A stretch of DNA of 64,000 nt, taken from contig NIVC01002504.1 of NCBI GenBank assembly GCA_002269645.1, positions 62,001-126,000 on the forward strand, given 5' to 3'. Below are positions 61,310 to 64,000 of this stretch, piece by piece; the first letter of the stretch is position 1, and each line of letters starts with the position of its first letter. The notes below the pieces were generated by a model, which worked only from the letters and a program-made list of their open reading frames with translations, was not told the DNA's origin and made no database searches. The position numbers were made by a program, and so were the translations under genes. The DNA comes from Macrostomum lignano (taxonomy: Eukaryota).

Positions 61310-62618
61310 ATGAAGCGAAAAAGTACACAGCAGATATTTGAATTGGAGAAGCTAGCACAAGCAGAGAAACGAGTTACCGGGCTAATAAATAAGGAGCAAC
61401 AATCCTACAATGAGTTTGTCCAAGCAGCCACAGAGTTTCATAAGCCCGGGTATGGAGAAGCTAAGAAAAACATCGACACTGTGAAGGAAGCAATTGATAA
61501 TATTCAAGAGAGCCAATTGCAAAACACATTGGGTAAAATCCCATCTTCACCAGAACAACCACAGGCTCAGCAACCATGACAACCAGTGCAGATGAATGTG
61601 ACGGATAACTTTTTTGGCCCCGTAATGGTTGATGGAAAATATATTTTTGGAATTAGCGCCTGGCGAAAAGAAATTACCAAGGAACCGGTGGATTACAACA
61701 TTGAAGTGACAAAGGAAAATATTTCAATCAATAAAGGTGCAGAAACTAAAAGAATCCCCTACACTAAAACTTTACTTGATTACATGACTAAAAATTGGGA
61801 AAAAAATCCGAGACACAGTTGAAGAATTATAGAGATCTTGTTACCTTCGCTTTAGAGAGGGACATATACGCTCGTACATTCTCAAGAACAACGGTATTTT
61901 GAAAATGTTATATGAAAACAGAGTTTTCTTGAACGGGTTTAAAGAGTACAAATACTTTAAACAATGGTTCGGTTTGCCAGATCAGCTGGAAGTCATAAAA
62001 TATCTAGAACAACAACAGCAACCGCCACAACAACAGCCGCAACCACAACAACCTCCACCTCCACAGCAACAAAAAATCCCAGCTGAACAAGTTCTTGATC
62101 AACTTGACGCTGCAGAACCGATTTATGTTTGGCAGTACAAAGATAGAAACCCTGATACTTGGCGACAATTAGAGCGGCTCTCCCCAGAACGAATGAAGCG
62201 AATCAATGACAGAGTATTCACACCTAGGCTACAGCAACCCTCACCAGGAACATCCTCCTCTGACCATTCATTCGAATCACCTCCAAGCTCTTCCGGAAAA
62301 GGCATGCCTGAATTCTACAAGCGGTTAGCTGTTCTTCTAGGAGCGGCAAAGACCGGAATGAAAGATGAGAATAGAAAAGAGTTCGTTCATATCCTAGACA
62401 AAATGCTTGAGAGAAAATTCATCGATAAAAGAGCAAGAGAATTTTGCTTTCACGGTTTAACAAAAAATAAATTTCTATTTAAAAAGATGCCAATTATTTT
62501 TAGAAAGACGTGGACAAATACTATGACAAAGAGGAACTTAATCTTATTAAACGCGGATCTGGACTTCCAAGCCACTATCCAAGAAAAGAACGCTCTGGGA
62601 ATGGCCTTGCCGATTTGA
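61310..62618 (+). pseudogene. Conserved Polinton-type hypothetical protein (PW/PZ-like), with a stop at 61577 and about 2 frameshifts
   Basis: Fragments in register (FFGP..IFG, QLKNYRDLV, Q/P-rich linker) ending with RLAVLLGAAKTG..EFVHILDKML, resembling the RLxLLxASxxAGN..EIxxI motif. Confidence 0.55.
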
Positions 62619-62800
62619 TTGCTCAGGGGGCCAAGATTTTTAAGGTCATTGGAGAGAACAAAGAGAACATCAAGAACGTTGCCGAAGCGGCTGGCAGTGT
62701 AGCCACAGCAGCCGAAAAGATAAAGGATACTGTAACACCTAAACAAGAGATTCAACCTCTGTCTCCGCTGGCCCGCTGGCCCCAAATCCAGACAGTGTAG
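62487..62800 (+). CDS. Small putative virion core/membrane-active protein with GxG motifs and an amphipathic helix
   Basis: KRGSG, RSGNG followed by LADLIAQGAKIFKVIG; likely ATG at 62487 after TATTTAAAAAG requires one frameshift. Confidence 0.45.
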
Positions 62801-63444
62801 ACCCTGCAGTCTATGAGAAGATGAGAGCTAGCATTAAAAAAGGAAGTGGTTTCAAATTTGACTAAAGGGTGCTTTCCGAGGGTACAAGACATGTAAGAGT
62901 ATAAGACTAGTCCCAAAATGACACATCTAAGTCCCGAAATGACACATCTAAGTCCCAAAATCATCAGAAAGTTGGTCCACTGGTTGGTGAACGGTGCACG
63001 TCTTTTCAGCTCGTAGAACTGTTCCTTACAGAGAACCCGCTCCATTCTCAGAAAGATCCTCTCGAGCTGTAGGCCGTTTGCAAAGCCATGCTTACCATGC
63101 CGTTCAACTAGTTTATTAAGGTTGGCAATCTGTACAAGCACCGCGTCGATCGTGAATGTTCCCTGCTTAAATTCTTCTAGAGAATGCTCTGGCACAGGCT
63201 CACTGTTGGTCTTGTAGGCCATGCGCAACTCGTCCAGAGCCTTGCTGATTTGTGATTGCTTGTCGGCAGTTTTCGCTAGCCGACCACTGATAGTTGGCTT
63301 CACGATGGGTGACCGAGCAATTGCATTATATTTATCGGCCCAAACATTCCAATTGTCAAGATCTTTACTAGAAAAAACCGCCTTGATGAAGTTCTCCAGA
63401 TTTTCGATGTAAACGTTGTCGCCTGCTTGTATTTCAGCATCCAT
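62752..63444 (-). CDS. Orphan 230-aa helical protein, convergent with the viral plus-strand ORFs
   Basis: Uninterrupted ORF with GCCATGG start and an upstream GC box (63510..63518); the C-terminal third may be out of frame (21-bp duplication). Confidence 0.5.
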   Translation of the reverse strand: MDAEIQAGDNVYIENLENFIKAVFSSKDLDNWNVWADKYNAIARSPIVKPTISGRLAKTADKQSQISKALDELRMAYKTNSEPVPEHSLEEFKQGTFTIDAVLVQIANLNKLVERHGKHGFANGLQLERIFLRMERVLCKEQFYELKRRAPFTNQWTNFLMILGLRCVISGLRCVILGLVLYSYMSCTLGKHPLVKFETTSFFNASSHLLIDCRVYTVWIWGQRASGDRG

Positions 63445-63636
63445 GGCAAGATCCAGAGATTAAGCAAGTGAAAAATAAAAAGTTGCTGGCGCGGCTCAGC
63501 AAAGTCCGCGGGGCGGGGCCAGTTGGAGCAGGCAGGGTAAGGTGAGGGGTGGTGTGAATCGGCTGTTTACATACCATTGGTGTGGGCTCGGGAATCCATG
63601 GATGCATTCTACTGAGGGCTTATATTAACTTCATCT

Positions 63637-64000
63637 TCAAATGCCTCTCTCAAGGCTTTCAAGTGTTAAACTTCGATCCTTCTCTAGCCGACCGGAGGCA
63701 GTGGCAATGGAAGCGGAGTGTCGAACAGCGGCTGGCTTTGAGGACAGATAATACGGTGCGTTAGCAATGATAGTTGGCACTGCGTCCTTCTTTACCTTTT
63801 CACCACCTCCGTGGTAAAGTTCTTCTATCTGTGAAAATTGTTTTCGGGATGTTCCTCGATTTCCCGTGCAGGGAGCACATTCTCGGGTGCTTGGAACTTG
63901 GAAGGAACAAAGCCTTGGCTTGGCTTTTATCCATAAAGCTTTAAGAGCTTCGTCTTTCGGAAAATAATGAAATGTCACCTTTGTCTCGGCTTGTTGCAGA
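63637..64000 (-). pseudogene. THAP zinc-finger domain fragment (P/Harbinger-type transposon gene), runs off the window
   Basis: FHYFPKDE..LW, RMCSLH (shifted frame), KKDAVPTI, PYYLS. Confidence 0.75.

Larger units (their letters stand above)
59112..63444. mobile_element. Endogenous Polinton/Maverick (adintovirus-like) virus structural module
   Basis: Intronless, tightly packed divergent ORFs with AAAAATG-type starts; major and minor capsid motifs. No pPolB, integrase, ATPase or protease recognised in the window. Confidence 0.82.

Overview
Intron-containing eukaryotic (animal) DNA, not prokaryotic, so the supplied ORF track is mostly exon fragments and repeat artefacts. The composition (CAG-rich coding, long GATA/GTTA microsatellites, short GT-AG introns) is reminiscent of a flatworm such as Macrostomum; this is inference only. 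The first ~19 kb holds host genes that I spliced by hand: a 3-exon ChaC-family gene whose catalytic Glu position reads Gln, a Q-rich orphan gene, and a complete 15-exon RasGRP (REM-CDC25-EF-EF-C1-coiled coil). The remaining ~45 kb is a nested mobile-element field: Helitron-like junctions, a near-complete Ty3/Gypsy (Mag-like) element, an internally scrambled LTR element with ~99% identical LTRs, an RTE-like LINE relic, a ~10-kb CACTA/EnSpm-like element carrying a BEN-domain accessory gene and a spliced hAT-like relic, a decayed Gypsy, a piggyBac derivative inserted at TTAA inside a Gypsy integrase, and the structural module of an endogenous Polinton/adintovirus-like virus (major and minor capsid, conserved ORFs) next to a THAP fragment. 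All family calls come from remembered motifs, not database searches. Many frameshifts could be either real decay or assembly indels.
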